Shown: positions 24,349-37,944 of the stretch, piece by piece
Layout of the letters: every line of letters starts with the position of its first letter
How positions within the stretch are numbered: the first letter of the stretch is position 1
NCBI GenBank assembly: GCA_016748015.1
Contig: JAAOMT010000777.1
Location: 66,347-130,346, forward strand
Source: Geosiphon pyriformis uo1
Lineage: Eukaryota > Fungi > Glomeromycota
Direction of reading: 5' to 3'
Length of the DNA: 64,000 nt
The notes under the pieces: generated by a model
The model's input: only the letters and a program-made list of their open reading frames with translations
Database searches by the model: none
Told to the model about the DNA's origin: nothing
Position numbers and translations under genes: made by a program

Positions 24349-24900
24349 TGCAGTCATACTGGGACTAACAACAGTTTCATAGTTGAGCAGAAATGGTTTC
24401 GATTTATCATACTGAATTGTAAAAACTTCTTTCAAAAAAACTTCTGGCTCTTTTTTAGGAATTTGGGACAAAGGAAAGAAAGAAGTTTTTTTTTTTTTTT
24501 AAAGTTGCTACTAATATTTATAATAATAATTTAAATATTGTATTACTTATAATTAATAAAATTTTTTTTTAAATATTTATTAATTTTTAAATAAATTTTT
24601 GTTAAAATATTTGTAAAATTATATAATTAATAATATTTAATATTTTGTTTAAGCTTTTTATAAAAGTCTCTTTTATAAATTTTGAATTAAATTTTTTTTA
24701 ACTGTATTTTATTTTTTTATTTATGCAAAAATTATATTTAAATTCTTTTAAAAAATAACTAATTGTTAATATTAAATTTTTTTGAAAGTATTTACATAAT
24801 AATTTTATAAATTTTAAGTAATTTATTTTTATAAATTTTAATTTTGTTTTTTTGTTAAATAATTACTAATTATGTTTTATTTTTTATAAAATATATTTTA

Positions 24901-25545
24901 CAAAAAACACCAAATATTACAAATAAATAAATAATTAATTAATTTATAAGTTAGTACTATTAATTAATAAAATTAAAAATTTTATTAAATTTAAAATTTT
25001 GGTAATTAAGTTTTTTGTATAATAAACAAAGATTTAAGTAATAGTAATTAACAATATTTGGTATTGAATTTTTTTGGCATNNNNNNNNNNNNNNNNNNNN
25101 NNNNNNNNNNNNNNNNNNNNNNNNNNNNNNNNNNNNNNNNNNNNNNNNNNNNNNNNNNNNNNNNNNNNNNNNNNNNNNNNNNNNNNNNNNNNNNNNNNNN
25201 NNNNNNNNNNNNNNNNNNNNNNNNNNNNNNNNNNNNNNNNNNNNNNNNNNNNNNNNNNNNNNNNNNNNNNNNNNNNNNNNNNNNNNNNNNNNNNNNNNNN
25301 NNNNNNAAATAATTAAATAATAATACAAAATAAATAAATAAAAAGTTAATATTTTGTTAATAATTATAATTAAAAGTTATTGTTTTAATATTATTAGATT
25401 TTTTAAATAAGCATTATTAATATTGATTGTTTTAATAAGTTTAATATTAAAAATAAATAATTATTAATAAAATAGATTATAATTTATATATATATACAAT
25501 TTTAATAAATAATTTAATTTAATTTAATTTAATAATTGTAATTTT
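24901..25545 (-). repeat. heavily eroded A/D-type LTR with PBS remnant (spans the N gap; may resume at ~27640-27909)
   Basis: AAAACACCAAATATTAC matches the PBS/LTR junction of D; GTTTTTTGTATAATAAACAAA is shared with D at ~6216. Confidence 0.5.
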
Positions 25546-25549
25546 ATTA

Positions 25550-27630
25550 AATAAAAATTTTATTGGCTGGTTTTTCACCAGTCAAAATTTCCTCAAAGAG
25601 ACACACTTGGGTTAGTCCTAGTGTTGCCTCCACCCCAACTAAGAGCCCAAAAGTTTTTAATAATAGACCAGTAAATAAGCTGGTTTTTCCTTCTATAGAT
25701 TCAACACCTAGTGTTTCTGGCACCACCTCCTTAAAAAAAATGGTCAAAAAGACCAAAAGTTTAGAAAAGTAGGAGCAGTCGCTTGCCTCTGCTATTGTTA
25801 TACTGAACCACTTTGTGGTTCCCAATGAGATCTTAGATGAAATCTCTATAGTATCATCCAGCATGTCATCCAAGATGGGCCAAGATTAATCACTGGCTGT
25901 GTTGCCAAATGTGGTGTTTTCCGGCAGATCATTGCTGGTTTTAGAAGCAAAACAATTTTCTTCTGTTGGGTCACCTGTTCTTGGGAACTGGGCTGATCAA
26001 ATAAAAACTGATTCATTTCCTTCTCTAGTTTCTGGTGCTACTTCTGATGGTGCTTGGGAAACTATTACTAGTCGTCAAAGGTTTGCTGGGTGGGTGGCCT
26101 CTACTCTGGTGCCTGGTGTTACTTTTAAGATCAAATTGGCTCATGTTAAGACTGTTTTTCAGTCTGTGCATGGTTTTTTAGATGCTAAATCTGTTTCAAA
26201 AGATAATGTGAAGCTTTTCTGTATGGAGTTTGCTTCTCAACAGTCTTTGGAAGCTGCGTTTCTGGTTGAGCTTATAGGCTCTGTTTGTTTGACCACTCTC
26301 AAAATTGCCAAGTCTTTGGTGGTTTCTGAATTTGGTTCCTCTTCTGCTGCTGTTGCACTGCGTAATGTATCTTTGGGTGTGTCTGCTACTGACGTCAAGT
26401 TGGCTCTCAGTGTTTTTGGTAGTGTTACTCGTGTTGTGCTAAAGCCTACTGGCATTTGGCAGTATGTGATAGTTTATTTTGAAAAGTTGGACTCTGCTGT
26501 GTCTGCCTTGGAGCATTGGTCAGTCTTGATGGGCAAGGATAGTGTTAGAATCCTCTCTCTGGTGAATCAGAATGAGACTATTTTGTCTCATGATAAGTTT
26601 AAGGCCAAATTGGTCAACCTTCCTCCTGGCTGTACTGCCTTTGAAATCAGTGATATGATTTCTCAGATTGGTGGTCGAACATGTTTCATTCCTTGTTTTC
26701 CTGATTCTGGATGTTGTTTCCAGTTTGCTTTGGTTATATTTGAATCTTAAGGTGATTTGAATTCTGCTGTAGTCAAGACTGGTACTCTAAGAAAATGCCA
26801 TATCTGGTGGAAAACTCCTGGCTGCCGGCACTGCTTTAGGTGTCAAAAAATGGGCCATTTGGTTATGGATTGCAAGATTTCTCTACCTCCCACTCCCAAG
26901 GTTTTCAAGTCTCATTTTGTGGGTTCTGCTTCATATGCCAAGACTGCTGCTCCTTTTGGTCTTTTTGAGTTTCCTTCTTTAGTAGCTTCTTTGGCTGCTT
27001 CTGCTGCTGATTCTGCTGTTAGTTCTAAGTTGGACTCTTTAGAAAAGCAGATTTTGGATTTGGCTGCTCTGGTTAAGTCTATTGTTGAGCCTATTGGTTC
27101 TTTGGTTGCTTTGGTGTCTCGTTTTCTTAATGATAATGCTGTTAAGGCTGTTCAGGTCGAGAAAAATATCATTTCCATGAAGAGTATTGCTAACAATTTT
27201 TCTAACCTTATGGTTGGAGTTTTCAAGGACATTACTTGTCTTAGATCTGAAGTTGACTTTGATAATATGGATTATGATGATATGCTGACTGTTAAGCCTT
27301 TCTTTTTAAGTGAGGACACTATTGAGTGTATTATTGCTTTGTGGCAAATGTCTGGTGCTGAAACTAGGAGCAATATTAAGTCTACTAGATTGTTTCTTAG
27401 TGAGTTTATTTTTGACTCTAGGAATCTGAATGGTATCATTGAGAGAATTCGTGAGTTGGGGTTGTTCTCACCTATTTTTAATTCAGTATAGTGAGTCCTT
27501 GATTGGGCCGAGTGTTTGATTATATGTAGAAAACGCATGATTTATGCCTATAATGTAATCCCTTCTGTGGTATCATAGTTTTAGGTAGTATTTGGGTCTC
27601 ACTTGTTAAAATAAAAAAAAATAAAAAAAA
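25550..27630 (+). mobile_element. ORF1-only non-autonomous LINE derivative (HAL1-like), copy 1, 5'-truncated
   Basis: Single frame 25563-27491 (stops only) with RRM-like core and CFRCQKMGHLVMDC, followed directly by a LINE-type 3' UTR and A-tail. No ORF2. Confidence 0.8.
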
Positions 27631-27932
27631 TTTTATTTTAAATACTAAATTTATTAACTTTTAAATTAAATAAATTAATAATTTAATGTTTTTTTTGTTT
27701 TTAAAATTACTATTATCATATAAATTTTTATAATACAAAAATTTAGAATTTTTAATAATTTTTATATATTTTAAATAATTATTAAAATTTTTAATATTTT
27801 TAAATTTTTAAAATCTTTTATGGTTTTTTAAAATTTTAATATTATATTTGCTAACTTATTTATTATATATATTAAATATTATTATTTTTTTATTATTTTT
27901 TAAGTAATATTATTTATTATAAAATTAAAAAA

Positions 27933-30185
27933 CTCTTTGTGTTCTTAATTTTATGACCACAATTAAAGCAAAGAGTAAAAAGACTGCAATTTTTTTTTTA
28001 AAGTAACTAATAAAGTTTTAATATAAAAAAGTCTCTTTGTTATTAAATAACTAAACATAATATCTTGACTACATTTTTTTTAGATATTAATAATAAAAAG
28101 CTGTCTTTGATAATTGCTAAAACATTTTTTTCATCTTTAACTGGTTTTTTATTAATTAAAATTTCTTCAAAAAGACACACTTGAATTAGTTCTAGTATTG
28201 CTTTTATCTTTTTCAAAAGCCCAAAAGTTTTTAATAACAGACTAGTTAACAAACTAATCTTTTTTATTATTGTTTTTATATCTGGTGCTATTAGTACTAT
28301 TTCTTCAAACAAAATGATTAAAAAGACCAATGTCTCAAATAAATGGGAGCAATTGTTTGTCTCTGCTATTGTTATACTAAATCTCTTTATAATTCTAACT
28401 AAAATTTTAAGTAAAATCTCCACTGTATTATTCAGCATATTATCTAAGATAGACCAAGATTAATCATTGACTGTGTTGCCAAATGTGGTGTTTTCTAATA
28501 AATTCTTGGCAGTTTTAAAAGTAAAATAATCATTTCTTATTGGGTCATTTGTTTTTGAGAACTGGACTGATCAAATGGAAACTGAATCATCTTTTCTGAT
28601 TTTTGATGCTGCTATTGGTAATATTTGTAAAACTATTACTAGTTGTTAAAAGTTTAATGAGTAGATGGTCTTTACTTTAGTATTTGATAATATTTTCAAG
28701 ATCAAATTGGCTTATGTTAAAGCTGTTTTTTGGTTTGTACATGGTTTTTGGATGTGAAATCAGTGACAAAAGACAATTTGAAGCTTTTTTGTATGGAATT
28801 TGCTTCCCAAAGTTCTTTGAATACTGTATTTTTAATTGAGCTTACAAGTTTTATTTGTTTTATTACTTTTAATATTGCCAAGTTTTTGGTGATTTCTAAG
28901 TTTGGTTTTTTTTCTGCTGTTGTTGCACTGCATAATATGCTCTTAAATATGTCTGTTGTCAATATTAAATTAGCTTTTAGTGTTTTCAGTAAAAGTTTAT
29001 TGGTATTTAACAATATGTGGTTACTTATTTTAATGAATTAAAAACTGTTGCATTTATTCTCAATTATTGGTCAGTATTAGAAAACAAAGATAGTATTTGG
29101 ATTTTTCCTCTTGTGAATCAAAAAAAATTATTGTGTTTCATGATAAGTTTAGAACTAAGTTGGTCAATTTTTTTTTTGGCTGTACTGCTTTTAAGATTAA
29201 TAATATGATTTTTCAAGTTGGTAGTCAAACTTGTTTTATTTCTCATTTATCTAATTCTGGTTGTTATTTCCAGTTTGCTCTGGTTATATTTGGCTCTTAA
29301 GTTAATTTGAATTTTGTAGTTGTCAAGACTGATACATTAAAAAAATGCTCTATTTGGTGAGAAACCTTTAGTTGTCAATGCTGCTTTAAATGCCAAAAGA
29401 TGAGCCATTTGGCTGCAAACTATACAGTTTTTTTATCTTTTCTTTTTATGGCTTCTAAAATGTTCAAATTATGTTTTATGAGTAATGTTTTTTATGTTAA
29501 GATTTTTGTTTATTTAAATTCTTTTGAATTTTTTTTTGACAGCTTCTGCTTTTTTTTCTGTAATTGTTGTTAATCTTCTGTTTTCTTTTTGGCTAGTATT
29601 TCTGGAATCTGATTTGGTTAAGTTGTCAACTTTGATTAAATCAATTAATAAACCTATTGGTGTATTGGTTACTGTATTTGAATATTTTATTAAAAGCAAT
29701 CTTATTTTTAGCAGTGTTTTTAGTTTAAAGATTAATAAGCTTATGGTTTATTTCGGTTTTTTTAACAAGATTGTTAGTAAGTTAGAAAAAAAAATAGTTT
29801 TTTTGAAGAAAAAATACTACATAAATAATATTGATATGTCTGGTAATTTGGAGTGTTCAATTGGTATAGATAATAATATGTTTTTTAATTTGATGTTTTT
29901 TTGAACATATAAACCTATTAATATTAAAACTGACCCTTTGAAAACAGCCAAATAACTGATTAAATTGGTGTTTTATAGTATTATTTTGTTTGAAATTATT
30001 TAGAAGATATTATTTTTGGATAAGTTTTCTTTTGTTATATTAACATAACATATTCTGAACTAACTTAAATAACTGGTTACATATAGAAAGTACATAAATT
30101 ATATTTAGTACTAAAATACTTAATTTGTTCCTAATTTCTAAATAGTGATTGGATTTTGTTCATTGAATCTAATAAAAAAAAAATT
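27933..30185 (+). mobile_element. ORF1-only LINE derivative, copy 2 (strongly eroded)
   Basis: 5' CTCTTTGT, ATG at 27953 (MTTIKAKSKK), colinear with copy 3, 3' motif AACTGGTTACATATAGAAAG and A-tail. Confidence 0.75.
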
Positions 30186-30705
30186 AATTAAATCTAAATT
30201 AAAATATTTTTTAAAACTAATATTTTTTTAAATTTATTTTTATTAAAATTGTCATCTAAAATAACAAAAAAAATTATTTACAGTTTTAGTTATAAATTAA
30301 TTTTATTTATCTAAGCCAATTATATATTTAAAAAAATATTAATATTTAATCTTAAACCAATAATAAAATATTTATATTTAAAAAACAGTTTAAATAATAA
30401 TAATTATTAATTTATTTTTAAAATCTTGTATATATATTTAACTAAATTATTGTTTACAAAAATTATAATACCAAATTTCAAATAATTAAAATTAAAAATA
30501 TAATTTTAATTTTATTAAATTTATTTATAATTTAAAATTTAATTTAATCTTAATAAATATAATAATTAAATTTTAATTATTTTATATTATTTATTAATAT
30601 TAATTTACTTAACAATATTTTTTATACTTTTAATATTACATATAAATATTTTTTAAATTAAATTAAATATTAAAAAAAAACTATTTATAACTTATTTTTA
30701 AGAAT

Positions 30706-33001
30706 ATTTTTTTTTTATTTTTTATTTTTTATTAAAGTTTAACAAATAAGGCCCAACCACTATCTAATATAATAAAACTACATAAGGTTCTAAATTAAAT
30801 GTGGCTCACATGCTTTCTACATATAATCAGTTACTCAAGCCAGTTCAGGCTATACTATGTTGAAGCTTTTGAAGAAAACTTACCCAAAGCTGACATCTTC
30901 TAAACAATAGAGAATAAAGTAACACTACAAGGAACCAATCTAACCAGCCACTCAGCTGTTTTCAAGTCATTAGTTTTGACATCAATAGGTTCATGTTCCC
31001 AAAGAGACGTTAGATTAAAAAACACCTCATCATCCAAGCCAATCAAATGCTTTAATCACCTGACATATTTATATCCTCCATACAGCATTCTTTCTTTAAA
31101 GAAATCATCTTTCTTCCCAACTTACCAACAACTCTATTAAAGGAACCCATATGCATCATAACCTCATTAATTTTAAGGCCAAGCTTGCTGCTTAAGACCA
31201 AATCACCATTAACAAATTGTTCAAACAATTTGACCAAAAAACCAACTGGTTTGACAATAGACTCAACCAAAGCAAAAAGCTTAACCAAATCAGATTCCAA
31301 AGAAGATAATTAGGACAGCACCAGAGAATCGCCAACAACAACTGGAGAAAAGACAAGAGGAGACAAAGGCGGAAATCCAGAGGAGCCCAAGAGAGCAGAA
31401 GCTTTGGCATAAGACTTGGAACCAACAAAATGAGATGTAAACACCTTGGAAATCTTAGGAAGAAAAGGTAAAGAAACCTTACAATCTGCAGCCAAATAGT
31501 CTAACTCTTGACACTTGAAACAATGCTGATAACCAGAAGTTTTCTACCAAATGCAGCATTTTTTCAATGTACCAGTTTTGGCAATAGCAGAATCCAAATT
31601 AACCTGAGACCCAAACGTAACCAAAGCAAACTGAGAACAATAACCAAAATCAGGGAACTGAGGAATAAAACATGTCCAACCACCAACCTGAAAGATCATA
31701 TCACTAATCTCAAAAGCAGTACAGCCAGAAGAAAGATTGACCAATTTGGTCTTAAATTTATTATGAAACAAAATAGTCTCATTTTAATTCACCAGAGAGA
31801 GGATCCTAACACTATCCTTGTCCACCAAAACTGACCAATAATTTAAAGCAAACACAGCAGAGTCTAAACTTTCAAAATAAACCACCACATACTGCCAAAT
31901 GCCAGTAGGCTTTAGCACAACATAAGTAACACTACCAAACACACCGAGAGCTGTCTTAATGTTAGCAGTAGACACACCCAAGGGCATATCATGCAGTGCA
32001 ACAGCAGCAAAAGAGGAACCAGACTCAGAAATTACCAAAGATTTGGCAATTTTGAGAGTGGCCAAATGTACAAAGCTTGTAAGCTCAACCAAAAATGCAG
32101 CTTTTAAAGACACTTGAGAAGCAAACTCCACACAAAACAGCTTCACATTGTCTTTTAATACTGACTTTGCATCCAAAAAACTATGTACTAACTGAAAAAC
32201 AGTCTTAATATAAGCCAATTTGATCTTGAAAGTAGCACCAGGCATTAAAATAGAGGCCATTCACCCAGCAAACCTTTGACAACTAGTAATAGTTTCCCAA
32301 GCACCACCAGAAGTAGTATTAGAAACTAAAGAAGAAAATAAATCAGTTTCCATTTGATTAGCCCAGTTTCCAAAAACAGGTGACCCAACAGAAGAAGATT
32401 GTTTTGCTTCTAAAACTGGTGATGATCTACCAGAAAACATCACATTTGGCAACACAGCCAGTGGTTGATTTTGGCCCATCTTGGATGATATATTGGATAA
32501 TGCTACAGAGATCTCATCTAAAATCTTATTAGGAACCACAAAGGGATTTGGTGCAACAATAGTAGAGGCAAGTGACTGCTTTCACTTTTCTGAACTTTTG
32601 GTCTTTTTAATCATTTTTTTTGAAGAGGAGGTGTTAGCAGCATCCAGATGTTAAAGCTATAGAAAGGAATACCAGCTTGTTAACTGGTCTATTATTAAAC
32701 ACTTTTGGGCTCTTAGTAGAGATGGAGGCAACATTGGGACTGACCCAAGTGTGTCTCTTTGAGAGAACTTTAACTGGTAAAAAACCAGCCAAAGATGAGG
32801 AAGTTGCTTTAATGGCTACCAAAGACAGTTTTTCACAATCACTGGGTAAAGGGAAGGCTTCTAAAACGTTTTGCCTAGTTGCTTCTACAACAGAAAAAGC
32901 TTCTCTGATTGAAATTTTATTAGATATCTCAGAACAGATATCAAGTGCAGCTTTTTTACTCTTTGCTCTGATCATGGTTATAAAATTAAAGAGACAAAGA
33001 G
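30706..33001 (-). mobile_element. ORF1-only LINE derivative, copy 3 (full length, ~700-codon ORF 30855-32981 with stops and frameshifts)
   Basis: Same 5' end as copy 2, same ORF1-like protein, LINE 3' UTR and T-run tail. Confidence 0.8.
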
Positions 33002-33328
33002 TTTTTTTAATATTTTTTTATTGAAAAATATTTTATTAAGTTTTAATAACACAATATTAAAATATAAAAGTTTAATCAATTTAACTTTAAGATATTTTAA
33101 CTTAAATATTAAAAAAACAGCAAATAAAAATATAATATCTAATTTAAAAAATATTAATAAGATTTAATTAGACAAAAACCTAATATTATATTTTTATTAT
33201 TATTATTATTATTTAACGAACAAAGTCCAAACACTACCTAGAACTATATATCAAAGAAATGATCTAAACTAGGCATGAATCATGCACTTTCCACATGTTA
33301 CCAGCCACTTGAGCCAGTCAGAACAACA

Positions 33329-36300
33329 CTATGCAATTATATTAACTGAAACCAGGTCTCCAATACCTGAAAAAAAGAGCGAAATTTGTGAAAGCCAAAA
33401 TGGACGCCAAAAGCTTCAGTAATACCAAGCAGTTTAACCACACCATTTGAGAATCTTGATGTCAAACCAGAAATTGAGATGGAAATCGAGCCATCTACTG
33501 AGATTAGGCCATTCTTTTCTATATATGCACGATACTTGGCACAGACCAACCAAATGTCATTCCTGAAAGCAACACAAATAGAGTGTACAAAATCAGCAAT
33601 ATTAATGCCAGCAACTTTGGAATCATGGAAGATAGAAACAGCTTTCTGAAGTCATTCTTTGAAAATGAAACCCTTGCAAAGAGCTGAGAATACCAGGAAA
33701 TCCGAAGCACAGGTCAACAGCATCTGTAAAATGCTTGAAGAAGAGAGGGAGAGACCAGAAAGCATCTTTCAAGAAGACATACAGGATTCCAAAATCCAAC
33801 GACGAGCTGCATCATCAATCATACAAGAAAACACATGATTAGACACCTCCATCTTACCACAATACAGACACAAAACACTAGAGTAACATTTATCATAAAT
33901 GCACTTTCGAACAGCAATGGGAAGCTGATAGTGCAAAGCCTTCATAAGGTAAGTACGAATATCAACAGTGTGCCTGCTGGTGAAACCAGTTGCCATATGC
34001 AAGTCAAGGTGCCAAACTCCAGAAGAAGTAAGCCAATTGACATCTGAGTGTAAATCACCAGCTAGAAACCCAGAACCAGAACCAACCTCCCAGTGCGCCT
34101 AACAGACAGCACAAAAAACATCTCGAACAAAATGCTTAGAATTACTAGAAACAATACCACCATCTGCCAACAAAAACCATTCAGCAACACAAAAAGAGAG
34201 AAACCGATCAGAAAGAGCTGTAGTGTCAGCAATGCTATTAGCGCAATCATTTTCTAATACACCAGAGTGGCTCTTAACCTTGTGCCAGCTAACCCTCAAA
34301 TTTTTTCTGTGAATAATATTCCTAATATGCTGGCACTCAACCCAACACTAATTGTGAAAGTCAGGACACACCAAGTTAATCTCCGATTTGCAAGCATCCA
34401 AAGCAGCCTGGCTATCTAAAAACAGGCAAACAGAATGATCTACAGGTACACACTCCAGAGCCAATGCTATAGTCTGCAACTCTGCCAAAGTAGACAAAAT
34501 CAAACCCTGAACATGGACACCCAAACCCAAGTCAATGTCCTCAAAAAAGGCAACAGCTCCAGCCCTACAACCAGTAGTGCCCAAATTTTTCATCAACCCA
34601 TCTGTATACACAGACAAATTATTAGCGCCAACCCGAGAAAGATGATCACATACAGACACAAAATCATCAGAACCACAAATGTCTATAGGGCCAACACCAC
34701 ACAAAGCCAAAGAAGAGAGAGGCGCACCACTGAGAAATACAACAGAGTGCCCGAACCACTCAGGAACTGGGCCACAAGGATCCAGTTTCTTCTACCACTT
34801 AAAGGTGTACCAATTAAAAATATCCCCACAACAATCCTGAAGCTGATCCACAAAGGCAATGCCATATTGCTGGAAAGAAGGCATGTATTTGAAAAACAAG
34901 GATTCACCCAAAACAGTAGATATAAGCACCCTATCACGAAACCAAAAAGAGCTGGCCAAAGAGCCACCTAAAGACAAATTGCATTCAAGAAGAATGCGTA
35001 TCAAACCTGACAAGAAATTATTGGAAACACTGACATGAATATGAGCTGGTAAACTCAATGGATGAATGGGGCGCCAACACAAAACCTGCAAGTTGTGAGA
35101 CCTGTGACTAAACAATCGACCCAAAACCCCACAGGAGTTCGCAAAACTAATAAGTGAAGCAACCTTGCTTTCAGACTGACATTGTGAGAATGACTTCAAA
35201 TCATAAAAAGAAGGATGATGAATTGTGTCACTAGGAAAATTGAGAGAAAGACCAAATTTAAGTTTTAAACTCTTGTGAATCAGAGCATTTCACTTGTTAT
35301 ACACACTAATAGGGACAAAGCTGAATTGTGTCCTGTAGCTGACTATAGGATGGAGAACTGCCAATACCAGATACAAGAACTGCTTATCTGAAACCGCTTT
35401 CTTTAGAACCAAATTGCTGAAAAAACGAATGTCCGAATGTGCTTTAGCTAAATTAGGCTTAGAAAAACCATCAGTTGAGAGAAAAATACCAAGATACTGA
35501 TGAGATTTGCCTTTTTTGGCTATGGAAATAAGTGAACCACTGATGAAAAGAGACGGATTGCTGATCCTGCTATTAATAAAAATGGCCACAGTTTTGTCAT
35601 TATTGATTGAAATGTCATTAATTCGAAAAAATTCACTAACAACATTAAGAATATGTTGAGTAGCAGCCTGACTGCTGCCAACCCAAATCATGTTATCAAC
35701 AAAGGCCCCAGCAGCGAAGAAAGTAAAAAACCCAGCCTGAGATTCAGCATGACCACTTCTAAAGACAAAATGGGAATTGAGTCTATATCCACATACACTC
35801 TTTTGATGCTTAACTTCATACAAAAAAGGATCATAAAATATGCACCAAAGAAGAGGGGAAAAAACTTCTCCTTGGTCCAACCCATTATGTATACTATAAT
35901 CATCAGTTAAACCAAAATCCGTCATAACCCGATTGGTCTGATTTCTATGAATATTACTGAAAAAACGAATAAATTTGCCACACATTTTGATCTTGACCAA
36001 ATACTTCTTGAGATGCTCCCATCCAACAGAGTCATATGCTTTTTGCATGTCCTGCAATATCAGTTAGAGCTCCCGGTTCTTCTCCAAAGCATCCTTAACA
36101 ACCAAATCAATAGCAAAAATAGGAGTTTGGGTAGTTGTACTCTTCAAAACTAAAAAATTATCCTCACGAAGAATGTCATAAGCACTGCACGCCAACAATA
36201 TCTTGTTGGAAAGGATCTTGTGAGCCATTTCAATCAAGACTATAGGTCAGGTATTTGTGAGGACACCTTCCCACTTGTATGGTTTAGGGATCATTGAAAC

Positions 36301-37944
36301 CCAAGCTTCCCTCCAAAGACCAGGCACAGACAAGAATTTAGAAGCACCAAGAGCATATCCAGAACAGACCTATTATTGTGCATTCACAGCTCATTTGAAA
36401 TACCTGAAAAACCAGTAGTCTTGTTAATAGACAGATCAGAAACCATGCCAAACAATTCCAAAAACTCAATTGGCTGCATTACATCAGAAAAAGCCTTATT
36501 AAAAACATAATTCAATGGCCGATACTGATGGTGCCACACATCAGAGACATTGGGAACCACTCTATGCTTCCTAGTCCATCCTTCCATAATTTCATCCACC
36601 CTTGATCTCACAGGACCAGATTCTAAAATCAGCTCATCATCCATAACCAAGTGATCCAAAACAACCTTATGGAAAGGTCACTCCAGAATGCTCTGAATAG
36701 TGTGACTTTTGTTCAGCTTGAAACTTTCCATCCTTTTATTGATTGCTGATTTGATTTGAGATTCTTCTACTGTTTTGATTCCACCATTTTAAGTAAGCAA
36801 TAAGTTTTTCTGATCTTGGAAAGAACTGACCAAACAGTATTAAGAGAAGAGCTGGAGAGAAAAAGAGATCTAACCACAGAGGCATTATTATTATCAAGAG
36901 AACTCCAGACATCCAACAGTGAATGAATTTGTTACGACAAATCAACCGAGAAGCTTTAACTAGCTTCGATATCAAAAGTTTCAACTTATGAAATTTGGAT
37001 GAATTCTTAGTGAAGACACCATCATAGTTCTTAAACCATTTCTTCTTGAACACTTCATCAGCTGAAAGAATCATTATCTTGTAAACAATGTCCCACATTG
37101 CATCCAAATCTGAGAATTGCTGGGAGGCAATAAAATCATCAGAGAACATGGCAGCATTAGCTGCCATAGCACCCTTGAAATTAAATTTCCAACAATCTCT
37201 ATTCACCTGTTTGTGAAGAGAGTTCAACTGCATGTCCAATAAACCACCCAAACTCAAAGACACAGAAACAGCCTGATGATCTATTTCAAAATGCTCACTA
37301 ATATCTAAAACACTATGGTATACTATTACATTAACCAAATTTGAAGAAACAAACACATAGTCAATTGTTTTCCTAGCACCCCTAGAGTTTGCCCAAGTAG
37401 GCAATTTCACAGCCGGGCTTCTGACCAAAGAATTTGCCAGACCCAAATCAAGGCACTTCCTAAAACTTGCACACTTATGAGAACTATCTTCATTGAAATC
37501 GCCACCAAGAATAATGAAAGAAGATTCATTAACAGCCTTTGCAATGAGAGAGTTGATTTCACCAGCCTGAGATAACCAAACTGCCAGAGAAGCACCATAA
37601 AGCCCCAGAATCAACACAGAAAGTTTACTCTTGAAAAGTAATTTAATGGACAGGAGCTGACCAGGCACCTCAGAAATCTTGTACATATGACGAGCCAAAA
37701 AAACGTTCATGATAACAGCAACACCTGCACCCAAGTGACCAGAGTCTAAACCAGAAGTGAACACTTGGACACCATCAAACTTATCTACAATTCATGGACA
37801 AACTTTACTTCTTAATTTCATTTCAGTAATAATAGAAACCAAATTGTTCATTTCCTTATGCCACCTAATAATGTCCTTTTGCTTAGTAGAATTGTTCATG
37901 TCCTTAACATTGTACGTGGCAACTTTCCAGACCAAACTGCTCAT
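33329..37944 (-). pseudogene. LINE L-2 ORF2 (APE-RT-RNaseH-ZnF)
   Basis: GGDFN, IDYVFV, QDMQKAYDSV, GLDQGEVFSPLLW, AELQTIALAL, LDSQAAL. Confidence 0.85.

Larger units (their letters stand above)
7901..24485 (-). mobile_element. full-length LINE L-1 (ORF1, ORF2 APE-RT-RNaseH-ZnF), interrupted by gypsy B
   Basis: Poly(A) tail (T-run 7901-7910), 3' UTR, ORF2 and ORF1 fragments, 5' end CTTCTTTC after an A-run. Confidence 0.9.

Noticed and set aside
24960-25328. ORFs spanning the N gap
   Set aside because: Artefacts of translating Ns.
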